From positions 84,568,001-84,632,000 of the forward strand of contig OZ296656.1 in the NCBI GenBank assembly GCA_965655095.1: DNA of 64,000 nt, read 5' to 3'. Below, piece after piece: positions 15,001 through 27,199 of this stretch (within the stretch, counting starts at the first letter, position 1; each line of letters begins with the position of its first letter). The notes beneath the pieces were generated by a model. That model saw only the letters and a program-made list of their open reading frames with translations, was not told the origin of the DNA and did not search any database. The position numbers and the translations under genes were made by a program. Source of the stretch: Haplodiscus bocki (lineage: Eukaryota).

Positions 15001-16200
15001 CTCATGTCAGTGAGGACAATACTTGGTTTCACCTCAATGAAGAGAGCTCACCCGATCTAGAAACAACCAAAGAGACACAAGGACCTTTTGCGAACAAATA
15101 GAAACGCAACTACCAGGATCCAGACTAAGCAGTCAACAAAACATGATAAAGTCAGCCAACACACGGCAAAGAAAATGAAACCTGCCCGGGCTACAGGAGA
15201 GAAACGAGAGCAACTTGAACAAAAAACAGCATCAGTTACAACTTGATATCATCACACAAACTCGTAGAGCAGTTAGTTGAGCTTATGTCAGTGACGACAA
15301 TATCTAACATCAGCTCAACTATGAGAGATCACCCTGGCAGAGAACAACCGAGCAGGAACTCAAACCTTTGCGAACACGAAAGGAAAGCACCTACCAAGAT
15401 CCAGACAAAACATTCAACGAAACAGACAAATTCAGCCAACACACGGCAACGAAAACAGAATCTGCCGGAGTTATCGGGTGGAAAAGAGAGCACCTCAAAC
15501 AAAAAACTGTATCAGTTCAAATTTAATATCATCACCCAAACTCGTAGAAAAGTGAGTTGAGCTAAGGTCTGTGAGTGCAGAAAGCAACATCACCTCAATG
15601 ATGAGAGTTCGTATTGGCAAGAAACCACCACGAAGGAACTGACCTTCAGGAAACAAAAACATAAATGCTCCTACGAAAATCCACACCAAGCATTCAACAT
15701 TGTAGAATCAAAAAAAGCCAACACACGGTAAAGAAAAAAAATTTGCTGAGGGTATCGGAGAGAACCGAGATTAACCTAAAAAAACTACATCATGGAAAAT
15801 TCAATAGTACCAACCGAACTCGTAGAGCAGTCAGTTGAGCTCATATCGGTGCCGACAAGAATTAACATCAACTCAATGAAGAGAGCTCATAATGGCAAGA
15901 AACAACCACGAAGTAACTCAGACCCTACGGAAACAAAAAGAAATGCGCCTACAAATATCCACACCAAGCCTTCAACAAAACATGATAAAGTCAGCCAACA
16001 CAAGGCAAATAAAATCTGCCTGGGGTACAGGAGGGAAGCGAGAGCAACTTCAACAAAAAAGTGGATCAGATCAAACTTAATATCATCACTCGCAAACTCG
16101 TTGAGAAGCGAGTTGAGCTCATGTCAGTGAGGGCAGTAATTAACATCATCTCAATGATAAGAGACAACTCTGGCAAGAAACAACGAAAGAGGAATACTCC
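1..16200. repeat. Satellite array of ~64 related monomers (variants of ~224, ~267, ~268 and ~281 bp) with higher-order repeats; runs off the left edge
   Basis: The anchor CTCGTAGAG/CTCTTAGAT...GACAGTA recurs every 222-285 bp. Near-identical short ORFs recur at 1038-bp spacing (2348/3386/4424) and 3764-3766-bp spacing (4424/8190, 6926/10690). Monomers from 14980 to 16200 are more diverged. The + strand is strongly A-rich. Confidence 0.97.
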
Positions 16201-16832
16201 GAAAAAGGACCGTTTGGAAACGATAGAAATGATTGATAAGGACTTATCCTAGCAGGACGCACGCCATCAAAAATACGAAAATACTATTGCAAAAGTACGA
16301 CACGGATAAACAACCCGATAAGTAAATTAAATGTTGCTATTCTACAACATTTTTCATTGAGGAATCAAACGAACGAGAGAGCAGAAGACATACTTCTTCA
16401 CATATAGGAGGAAATGATTTGTTCGGTTTTCGAAGAGAGATGATGTCATATTCAGCAGCATTTGAGAAGACGCACAATTATTGGACCATCTTCTCCATTT
16501 TGGAAATTAATCGCAGTCAGAAAATTTAATTTCAAGATGGAAAAACTCAGAATATTTCAGATGTCAAGGATCAAACGCTAAGACGCTATGCGTGATCTCA
16601 TATCAAAGTGAAGATTTTTGGCATCACATTCAAAATCGAAAGTTAAAAACTGCAGAAGCATCAAACAATTTGATAAGATGTGGCATCTCCACACCTCTTT
16701 CCAAAGGGTATGTAACCAAAGAGAATTGGATAGTTCTGCAATAACAAAGTAGCCTGAAACCGTTCGTGTATTTTTGAAAATAAGTATTTTACCCATCAAA
16801 GGCCAGCATTAAAATGATATCGGCTGATGTTA

Positions 16833-17082
16833 TCTACATAGATTTGACAGTTCTACAAACAGTCCCTTGAATAATTTTACATCTGTTTCCGAGCTATCCA
16901 TTATATCACAACAGCTTCTACATTGACAGAAATCATACAAGTTTATTTAGGGTAAATACCCATCATTTTTTTTCTAAAAATCTAAATTTTGTACGTTTTG
17001 AGAAATATTACTTCCGTGGCGCTCTACGGATGAGAAACTTTCAAATTCAAACGCGGACACTAGCGTCAAGTCGGGCATTATC
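16833..17082 (+). repeat. ~250-bp dispersed repeat, copy 1 (inverted relative to 21329-21581)
   Basis: TCTACATAGATTTGACAGTTCTACAAAC...CAAACGCGGACACTAGCGTCAAGTCGGGCATTATC aligns along its length to the reverse complement of 21329-21581. Confidence 0.85.
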
Positions 17083-17159
17083 AATTAGCAAAACGCTCAT
17101 TTTCAACGTTTTGAGGGGATGATACCCTTCCATATTTAAAATTGCGCGGAAAAAAAGTT

Positions 17160-19450
17160 TGAGCGAGTGCAAAAACTGCGATGAGCAACGTTAATCTTAC
17201 AATGCCTACAACCAAAAGACATTCTGAAAAGCCGTGGTTTAGCAAACTCACATCAGAAGGGATAATTCTGGAACTCCGAAACCAGTTAAACATTTGATGC
17301 ATAACTGTGGGCGAGTCCAAAACCATAATGCAAAACAATTAACTGGCAGTCTCACAATGTTCAAAACCCAGAAACTCCGAAATTAAATTAAAATGACCTA
17401 ACCAAACTAAACGTTTCATGAATAAAAGTGGGTGAGTCCGAAAGCATACTGGAAAAACAATTAAACTTTACTGTCAAAACTCCCAACCAAAAGACTTTTT
17501 GAAAAAGCCGCCCCTCCACACACTCATCAAAAAATTGCTTCAAAAACTCCGAAACTATCTGAAGGTTTGTGGTGAGTCCAAAAACTGCAAAACGATTGAA
17601 GTCCGGACTCAATTATACTTGTATTGTATTGGCTTGGGGAATCCCAAAAGCCAATTGGTCGCAATCAAACGTTAATATAAAACGAAAAATAGATATCTGT
17701 CTGAAAATGCCTCAATTCGCAAATTGATAAAATTGATGTCTGAAAGGTTGTGCTTGACCTGCAACTAAACGTTTGATATACTAGTCTTGGGGAGCAAAAA
17801 AAGCCATCTTCTGGGATAATTCAACGCAACTCTCAATGCCGATGATCCAAATGGTTGTTGAAAAATGCACCGTCTTTTCCTATTCACAACAAGAAACCTG
17901 GTTCCAGGCAGTTGAACCAAACATTTCATGCATTAGATTAACGAATCGAAAACTATATTGAAAAACAACTGAACGTTGGTATCACATAACATGAAACCAA
18001 AACACTTGCATGAAACCAAAAATGCTGTTCCCTAGCAAAGTTATTGACAAATTATGGCTGCACTCCCGCGAATAGTACTGCACTGTTCGATAGCTTTGTT
18101 CAAGCCCATAAGCGATTTTAAACCAATTAAAAATTACTACTATATTATGGAAAACCCAAAGTCTGTCTGAAAATCAAAGGCTTTGAAGAATTCATCACAA
18201 AAAGGTTATTCTACCTATTCGGTCTCAACTAAACAAGTACGTACAAGATGTACAAGTACTGGTTATAGCAAAACCATATTGGAAAACAATTGACAGCCAG
18301 CTGCATATCATATAAAAACAAACTTCCGTCAGAAAACGCCATGCTTCAGCAGAATCCCAATCGAGTTGTTTCTAGTCGTCTGAACTAAACTGAACTTTCA
18401 ATGTACAGCTTTGCAAAAGGCCACAAAGTAGATTGAAAGCAATGAAAGGTTACTCATTAATTGCCGAAAACACAATGTGTCTCAAAATGCCTTTCAGCAA
18501 ATATACATTAAAAGGTTGTTTAAGAGCTCTGAAATTACGTAAACAATTGAACTAAAAATCTGAATCAGCCTACAACCCATACTGGAAGATAATTAAGCAC
18601 AAGTGCAACAACCCCGAAAACCAAAGTCCTGAAAATGGTGCCTAATCGCAAGCTCACATGAAAAGCACATTTTAGGTTAAAACAAACGTACATTTCGAGG
18701 TGAGCTCAAAACCATGTTATGGAACACTAGCGTTAGTCTCAAACTACTTCAAACCCAAAGTCTCTCTCTAAATTCCGCTTCTCACGCATTGTGAATCAGA
18801 AATACTTAGTCCTGCTAGCATAACTAAAGATTCCAGGTAAAGTCTTGGGCAAGTCCAGAAACCACGTTGGAAAAACAATCGAACGGATATTGGGCATCGA
18901 ATTGAACCAAAAGACTTTGAAAAAACCTGCGACTTCATGAAATTGACGTCAAAAACATTGCACTCAAATATCCAAACATAATTGAACTAAGATACTGCCT
19001 TCTCGATCGAGCCCTAACAGCACAGTGACAGCAATCTAACAAAAATTTGACGTTAGCTAACAGCAAGATTTTCTGAAAAAGCCATTCTGTTGCAAGCTCA
19101 CGAAAATTATGTTTCAGGTTTCCTAACGGTTATAACGTCCAATGTACAATTCTTTAGCATTCCAACAACCAGCATCAAAACAGTGAAAGGTTCTCTGACA
19201 ACTGCTGTATCATTCAGGATGTACCTTTGTTCTTCAAAACGACATCAAAAACGGTGGTTGTACACATCCGTTATCAACTGAACATTTGATGTACAAAACA
19301 GTACGAGCTTGGAAACAAAAATTCAATTAGCAAAACGAATATCTAACTCAGCCAATTCTTGTTCAGAAGTCTATTCTCGCAAATGTTTACAACCAGCGAA
19401 CGATGAAATTCAGGAAGTGATGTTTGCATCTAAAAACAAAAGAGTAGGCA
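17160..19450. repeat. Old, highly diverged tandem repeat with ~150-bp period
   Basis: Variants of GAGTCCAAAACCATAYTGGAAAAACAATTRAAC recur at about 17165, 17313, 17433, 17943, 18270, 18575, 18703 and 18851. Confidence 0.65.
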
Positions 19451-21328
19451 TCCCAAGAAAATCGAGTTTAAGTTTTTTGGCAATTTCGCATTGTATTCAT
19501 GACAAAGTCTTCTCAGCAAAGTACCATAAAAGTGTCAAGAGGCCTAGAAAACTCTAAAACAAAAACAGGAGCTTGAACAAAGTTTATTTCCACGAAGCAA
19601 GATTTTCCAGCAGTCACGAACAATCAAAGTTCAAACAGCCATTTTCTGAAAATTCGCTCTTACATTCTCAACACTATTCGAATCTGAGAATCAGGTGGGT
19701 GAAAAGAATATTCAAAACTTTTGCCACCAAAGAAACCTGCTGTTTTATTTTAATAAGACACTTTGATGAAACTGAAATGTATGATACTATTAACAACACG
19801 TTTTCTTGATTTGAGTGAAAAAAAATAGCGCATATTGAACTTCTGGAAGTTTGCCCACTTTGTTCTTAGTTTTATATCAATCAAATCAATTATTCAATTT
19901 GACTAAAGGATCCACAAATTTCAGTTCAAAAATTGAAACTGTTGATGCCTTGGAGCAAAATACTAAATATGCTTCTGAAGAGTTCTCGTCTCCAATTCAG
20001 TTTCCAAATATCAATAAGTTTTTCGGCCTGTTTCTAATTTCAACTCTAATCTTCGACATCAGAGCTAATAAAAAAAGCACACCTGAAGTTCTTGGTGCTG
20101 AATAGCGATGTAAGGAATGAAAATAGAAAATATTTGACTTCCAGAAACCATAAATCAAGAACCATGAAAATACCCGTTCCATTTGAAACGCCACATATTG
20201 ATATTATGCGTTAATTGTTTGTATGGATGCTTCAATCAGCGGAATTTTAAGCTTCAGTTGGAACATTGAACAGTCTGGACTTTCTCGTTCGCTTTCTGCG
20301 TTCCAACACCAAGGGGAGAGGAGCTTCTTGATTCTGTTGAGGGTTGAAGTCCCCAGTGCTTGTTAAACTGGAAAGCTCTTCCAACTTTCAAACGGTAAGG
20401 TACTTCAGGCAGTAACAAAGGGCTATGCAATTTTTGGGCAAGGCAACGAGCGGATCCCATAACTCTTAGTTTGCGATGATCTTTGCCAACCTCTGAATTA
20501 TAGTACACTAAAAAGAATGCGCAGTCTCCTACAAGGAAACATTGACTTTAGCCTAGTTCTGCTTTGTCAACTTCTTTGTGGTAGATGTGTTTTATGCTAT
20601 ATTAGCATTCGCTGTAGTGCAGCTGGCTAGTTTTTTGTTTTCTTTCAAAATACGTTTCGGGCAACTTCTAATACCTTTTAACAATGCGCCTCATAGATTT
20701 TTTCCTTTTGAAATTAAATCAAATTCAAGTTTGAACTGAGTGAGTAAAATACAACCTGAATCAGTGGAGTTTTTCACTGGAGACAATTGTTGTCTTTTTC
20801 AATAACTTTCCAATCATTTCTGATGATTTTAAAACTGTGTAGAAACAACATGAGCAGATACTTATAAGCCTCAGCGAGCTAAAAATCAACAGTTTGGCCA
20901 CAAGGGATCGTCTCATGCCAGCTTTCTAAAAGGCTTTACTGAAGCTTTAGATTGAAACACTGTTCCTTTCTTTTAGTCCGAGACGGTTTAATTGCTTGAT
21001 ATTTAGTAGATAGTAAGGCATAAGTGCTCAAGCCCACAAAAGGTGTGCCTTAGTCGAAATGATCGAGGCTCCCTAAAAATCACTCGCGTTTCAATGGCAT
21101 TTTCTCTCAAATTCACAGTTGCTGTTATGTGGGAATTTCGGTCCCTCAGCATTTTTCCATCTTGAATATTCCGTACTGAAGAAGCACCTTCTACATAAAG
21201 TACAAATTTTTTCTTTGCCCTCCATTCATAATGTAATCAAGTGTAGATCTTTGCTCCTGCGTTAACTTATAACCAAAATTTTTCCCACAGAACAGAAATT
21301 GTGAATATGCGAGAAAATGCCACTCGCG

Positions 21329-21581
21329 GATAATGCCCGACTTGACGCTAGTGTCCGCGTTTGAATTTGAAAGTTTCTTATCCGTAGAGTGCGACGGAAA
21401 TAGTAAGATTTCTCAAAACGTACAAGAATTGGGTTTTTTTTCGAAAAAAAAAGATGGTTCTTTACCCAAAACGTGTATGATTTCTGTCAATGTAGAAGCT
21501 ATTGTGATATAATGGATAGCTCGCAAACAGATGTCGAAATTGTTCAAGGGAACGTTTGTAGAACTGTCAAATCTACGTAGA
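21329..21581 (-). repeat. ~250-bp dispersed repeat, copy 2
   Basis: Reverse-complement match to 16833-17082. Confidence 0.85.
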
Positions 21582-23379
21582 AAATTTGCATTGTCAAGGA
21601 ATTTTGACAGTTGGTCTACTTACCGTGTACTCAGGCAACAAAATACGGTTTCGGTTGAATTTGTACTTTGAACGTTTTGACTTGCAAAACTTTCGGTTTG
21701 GGAATTCAAAATTGCATTTAACCCCCTTTGCTTACTACTGCTATTCTCAAAGATATTTTTTTAAAATATGAAAAATTTTAGACCAAACCGTCTCCCAAAA
21801 ATAGTCATCAGAACAGATTGATATCAGTGATCTAACACATGTAGGTTGATCTCAGGTCAAAGTGAAGACTTTTACATCATGAAGCAACAACAAAATGCAA
21901 AAAAATTGGTCAAAAACTGTCATAACAAAGCATCCATTAAAAATCATTAACTCCACAATAACCAAAGCAGCTGTCCATACCATGAACTAGTTTTGCGATT
22001 TTATGCTGAGAAATAATATTTCTTAAGCATGCGATGAATTGAGCAGCAACAAAATCGATTTTGCGAAATACTACCAAATAAAGCGATCGTTAAAGAGCAG
22101 CAAGTCATCTTAACAAAACAGCTGTTATCAGAACATTTCATGTCAATGATCAAGGCTGATCTCATATCAAAGTGAAGAATATCGCATCACGTGAAAAATA
22201 ACATTTGATAGAAGGCGAGACAAAACGATCTAAACCATAAAGCGCTGCCAACAATTACCAATACAATGCAGTCATGTACAACCCAGGTGTTAAACACCTC
22301 TCTCACCTTCCCCGAAAGAAATAGGCTGACTTTATTCAGAGTGGACGAAGCACAGCATCTAATCAGGTTTCCATTTCATTAAAGAAGTTTCTTGTTTCAG
22401 AGAAGCAGCTCTCAATACTTATGAGCAGAACAGCTTCATAAACTATTGATAAAACTTGAAAAACAAGAGCTAAGAAATTACCATAGTCGCAAGAATTAGG
22501 AGGCGAACCAACTCACATAAACGGACGGATAAAGTTGAAAAGAAAGATCTAAAAGGTGAAAATTTCAATACATACAATGCCACTTTCTCACCAATAGCTA
22601 AAAGCAGCGAGCAGTTGAATCAGCACTGCCTGAACCGAATACTACCATTATTTATTCAGAAAAGCACTTTGACGAACGACCAAGTTCAAAACATCGCTGA
22701 TTTTTCAATTCTAAGCAAGAAAATTACGTCAGAAACTTATGAAACAGCTACTACCTGCCACTCCAAAGGACCTTTAGTTAGTGGAAAATCGATTAACTGG
22801 TTGATGAACTCAATTCCATCACTAGCTTTCAAAAAATTCACTTTTGACGAAAGACAACTAAAAAAACTTTCTACTGTACTATTATATAATCTCCCGAGGA
22901 AGTTTCAAATGAACCGTTTAATTCTTTCAAAAGGAAGTTGATATAAGCCACGAAGAAATTCTGACACTGCATAAACAACAATCAACACTAGCGGAAACGC
23001 ATACATTGCAGGCGAGAACGCACAGTTTGCCAGTTGGATATGCACGAAAACGAAAGTCACCCGTAATACACTTCGCTTCGCTTGTGCCTCTCCCAAAAAC
23101 TTCGCCATAACTTTGCCGATGGTGTAAATCTTAGGAGAATAAGATTAACTAACCCGTGGATTACACCAACAATTTCCGCTCCTGGTGAAACTCCTGAAAT
23201 GCTTCCAAAAATTGATTCCGGGTTACATAATTGAGTTTTAAACAGGCATCAAGGATGCTAGGCATTAGCGCTAAAAAAAATTAAAATTGACGAGACCAGA
23301 AAAACTCACAGTCGGCGCTACCCATCTGTTGGTCGTCAAAATTTTGTTTAAAAATAGAAGCCGTACCACAGGGAAAAAT

Positions 23380-23560
23380 GTCGAAAACCTTTTGTCTCGC
23401 AGTACCAAAAAATCGTGAGCCCGGCCCTTATGGTGTTTCTGAAAATTTCTGGAATCGAAGAACTTTTTGAATAATGGGGGCTATCAAGATTTTTCACAGA
23501 GAATTTTTTTGCACCACAGTTCCGAAAAGTTTCATGAAAATGGACCCTTTGGTGTTTTCA
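23380..23560 (+). repeat. About 1.5 copies of a ~120-bp repeat unit
   Basis: TTTTGTCTCGCAGTACCAAAAAA...CCCTTATGGTGTTT at ~23390 and TTTTGCACCACAGTTCCGAAAAG...CCCTTTTGGTGTTT at ~23507. Confidence 0.5.
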
Positions 23561-23726
23561 TGTGCTTGCTGTAGATTGTACTAGCATGCTTTAAAATAAC
23601 GTGAAAGGAACAAAATAGACAAATCTTTGTGATCTCAAACAAAGTGACAAGCGTCGGCTTTTTTTACTAAAATTGAGAGCGACTTAAATTGGAACTTGGC
23701 GAATTCAGCGAAAAGTGACTTATAAT

Positions 23727-24392
23727 TAGGAAGAATTTTTTCCGGCATTATTTCTGGAAATCTGGCAGGCATTTTGTCTTTATTCCTGGCATTTTTTTCA
23801 GTAATCTGGCAAAAACATTATTGGCTTCACAATGTTAATTTCTTACAGTTACAAATCAAATATGTTGGTTGTAACGTACAAACATAAGCTTATCAACAGT
23901 TTTTTCAAGAATGCAAGGCCGATCTTCCAGAAAAGCCTTCAGAACCGAGAAAAACCGTTCAACATCTATTGAAGTAGCAGGAGCAAAAGCATAGATTGCC
24001 ATTTCCGAAGGCTCCTCGATATTTTCCCCAGTCGCCTTTAGTTTCACATCTGTAAAAAGTGTCCAATTTTGGAAAATTTAGTAAGCGCGACGTCTGCTGT
24101 TTTATTTCCGGTCTCCTTAAGATCAACCAGTTTTTCAACGATTGTTTCAATTTGCTTAACAGCTTTAACAATAGTAAAGTCCCTCGCTTCGCTCACAGAA
24201 ATAAGGTTAACGAGAAATTCAAGGCTCGCAACTTCGGCAACTTCATTAAGTGTATTTTGCGACTTCATGAATCGTAGAGCATTTTTGGCTGCATTCGAAT
24301 CTTTGATGGTCTCCAAGTATGCAAAACGGCATTCTATTGGCCAATACGGCATTAACGGCATTCTCCGGCAATGCCGGAAATAATTCTTCCTA
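23727..24392 (-). mobile_element. Internally deleted non-autonomous hAT-type DNA transposon (666 bp) retaining the transposase 3' end
   Basis: TIRs TAGGAAGAATT(T/A)TTTCCGGCATT at both ends. Perfect 8-bp TSD CTTATAAT (23719-23726 and 24393-24400). Frameshifted ORFs 24044-24361 and 23856-24047 carry APATSIDVERFFS, the hAT catalytic-Glu/dimerisation motif. Confidence 0.9.
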
Positions 24393-25677
24393 CTTATAAT
24401 TTTGCAAACATGGAAAATTCGACGTAAATTGACAACTTTCAGAGAATACGTGAATCAATTACAACACGTACTTGAAAATGGAGAGTAAATAGTGACGTTC
24501 GTTCTAGCTAGAAGCTATGAAAGAGAAGACACATCAATGAAAGTAATGAAGTAGAAATAATTTTGCTCCACTTTTATCTCTCAGCCGCCCTGTCACGCCG
24601 ACTTCAGAAAATGAGCAAGAGAGTCACGAAGATGCGCTAAAAAAGACGAAAGTAAAATCTATATGCCTTTTAAGCAAAGCTTAATATCTAAAAATAGCCA
24701 AAAAAATGGAGATACTCGATATTGCTTCCATATTACCAGTCTTTTCCTGGCTTATTAAATTTGAATTGGATACATGTAACTACTGGAGTTACGTACTGAG
24801 TTTTACAACTACAATTTTAACTTATATGGCGGATAACTGAGTGGCAATTAAACGGAAGTAAGGTTTACATGTAACAGAATACAAGTATCCAAGCAATCAA
24901 CCAATGTAGATGACGTGAGCAAAGCCGAGCTTACGTACATGACTTGACAATTTAGACGTTTTACAATTTAACAAATAGATGTCTCAAAAAAGTCATGGAA
25001 TGTCCCTATAATATCGTCGTATACCTCGGCTTCGATTTTAAAAACGACTAAAGTATGAATTATCAACCACAACATAGGCTGATTTTTATAGGAGGACAAC
25101 TTATATTCCATGAAATTCGGCAAACTAACTTCAATTCATACACACAGGCGAAGCGGAACTTCGCAACACATTCTGACATGTCAGTAGAGATCAAAAAACA
25201 AAATTTGCTCATCAGAGGTCCCCAGAGATCTTCGGAACCATGATCGGAAATTTGATCGCCACTTTGAGGAATACAATACCAGCTGTCAATCAAGAGTTTG
25301 CTCGAAAAAAGTCGAATTGAGACAAGCACCTGCCAGAAAGCCTCATACTTTAGGTTTTGCCATTTTGCACCCCTGTTTAACATTTGTACAGTAAACAACG
25401 CCCAAATGAACAATATTTATCACCAACAGTGTTTAAAATTGAAGACATTGATTTGTAAAACATGACTTTTGAGGATCCTGTTGTTGTTCATTTTTTTACA
25501 TCCTACGTTTACAAAATTAGCACATTTTACAACGCGAAAACAAACAACTACCTGCCAGATGCCTCAAAGATGTCGTTATTGAACATGTAAACTACGTTTT
25601 TAATCATGAAAAGTAGTGCTCACTATATAAATTCAGTTCTGTGTCCTTTTATGTTGATTAAATTATTGCTTGCTTAC

Positions 25678-26044
25678 CTGTGGTTTCTGTTCAAGCTCGT
25701 CATCATCAACTATCACCGGAGGCGGTCTAAGTTCCTCAAGCTCTTCATCAGAGCTGAATCCCTCTTGATTACCAGAGCCGCCGATTCTGCCACTGGCACC
25801 ACACTCCGGACCTGAATCTAAGCCACTGTCGTAAGAAACTCCGCCAGATGGCGACGACCCCGGATCAACAGCTCCCCTGGAAGTTTGTAGCAATGACTGG
25901 TTGGAACTGGGCCCGATTTCCTCCAAAAGTGCCTCTGCAACTTTTGTGTGGTCCGTAGGGGGCGGAGGAGGAAGATTGAGGATTCCGCCAGGACCCGGAA
26001 GGGGAACTTCGAGGAAGTCTCCGAAACTTGTTTTGATTAAACTC
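25678..26044 (-). CDS. INTS3: Integrator complex subunit 3, coding exon 4 (Pro-rich/acidic linker)
   Basis: Acceptor TTTTTCGTAG in phase 2 matches exon 3. Reads (K)SLIKTSFGDFLEVPLPGPGG...EGFSSDEELEEL...KPQ (compare human AAFSDDEEDL). Ends at donor CAG|GTAAGC. Confidence 0.85.
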
Positions 26045-26475
26045 CTACGAAAAAAAAATAATTTTCCCAGAGGTACTTCCCAACGTCATTTACCACATCG
26101 TCGCTTTTTAGCTTTCGAACATATTAAGTTTAACGACGAGAATCTTTGAAGCTGGCATTAAGATAAGGTCATTAAACTTGAAATCTATTCATATTAGACA
26201 TTTTGATTTAACAGATCAAAGATTTAACAAAATCCGATGGAGACCTTTTTCCGAATAGGAAAACTGAACGGAAAAAAATTCATTTTTTAGCATATCGGAG
26301 AAAACTTCGCATTGCTTTTTACTAGTTGTTCTTTAAAATGCTTCAAATGTACAAGAAGTTATATATCAACCAACTTCGCTCAACTTGGAAGATAATTAAT
26401 TCTACACGAATTATGGAATTAAATCCAAAAACGAGTTAAAAGCTAATAATCATCACTTCGAGAAGCTACTCTCAC

Positions 26476-27073
26476 TTGAGATCAGCATCGAGCTTGTTGC
26501 TTTCGAAGATAGGTGTCAATGATGGCAGTACTCTTTTCTCCAGCACCAGTTTGAACGAATTGTGGACCCCTTGCTTGATCGCTTGCTCCAAAGGGGGGTA
26601 AAACTGTGTTTGGATTCGACACAAAAAGTCAAGCAGTGTAATTGAAGTGGCCGGGTGATGTTTCAAGTTATGATACATAACTAAAATGGCTGGCTCTATA
26701 TTCATGATGTTATCTTTATCCAACTGAAACGTCAGCCAATCAAAAAAGAGAGCGAGTTTACACTCAGCTGCGATCGAATTGGATTTGCATTGGAGGAGAA
26801 GCCAGCCAATCACAGCCCAGCGAGGAATTACTTCGCTACAAAGAATCTCATTGGTTGGATGGATGACGCAGCAGATGTAGCGAATCAAATCAGGACAGAG
26901 GTTTTGTGACTCGGCAGTTGAAAGGTAAGATTTGTGGAACCAGTCCTGGTATCGTTTCTGGTTGCCAAATTTGACCTTGGACATGAGAAAGTTTAACTTG
27001 TTCTCCATTTCTGGAGTGAGACGAGCCGCTATGAATTTTCGCTGGCTTCTTGTTTGCAGCAAATTCAGCATTC
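26476..27073 (-). CDS. INTS3: Integrator complex subunit 3, coding exon 3
   Basis: [55 protein letters not shown] and [11 protein letters not shown] are INTS3/SOSS-A N-terminal-domain motifs. Acceptor TTTTAG, donor AA|GTGAGA. Confidence 0.96.
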
Positions 27074-27199
27074 CTAAAACATTTGCAAAGTTTTCAACCT
27101 GAACTTCGAATTAAAAGCGCACACGAACTTTTCAAGTACACTTATGATTTTGAACAGTAAGAAATTAAAGCACGATTTGTAGTTGTAAAAAATGCCATT

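Noticed and set aside
1-16200. CRISPR-like or C/D snoRNA array (ATGATGA and CTGA boxes)
   Set aside because: Sequences between anchors are homologous to each other, not unique spacers, and there are no cas genes. Box C is not conserved (ATAATGA, AAAATGA, ATGACGA variants).
53-16252. Dozens of 60-110-aa ORFs in the satellite
   Set aside because: Monomer lengths are often not multiples of three, stops and indels vary between copies, and there is no recognisable domain. They are by-products of skewed composition.
20254-20508. 84-aa minus-strand ORF behind a TTTTTAG acceptor as the next INTS3 exon
   Set aside because: Its phase does not match the phase-0 donor of exon 4 (direct splicing gives CTIIQRLAKIIAN then stop), and it has no similarity to the INTS3 C-terminus. 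Left unassigned.
16590-22180. GATCTCATATCAAAGTGAAGA motif at ~16594, ~21848 and ~22158
   Set aside because: Probably remnants of an old repeat; the unit and boundaries could not be defined by eye.
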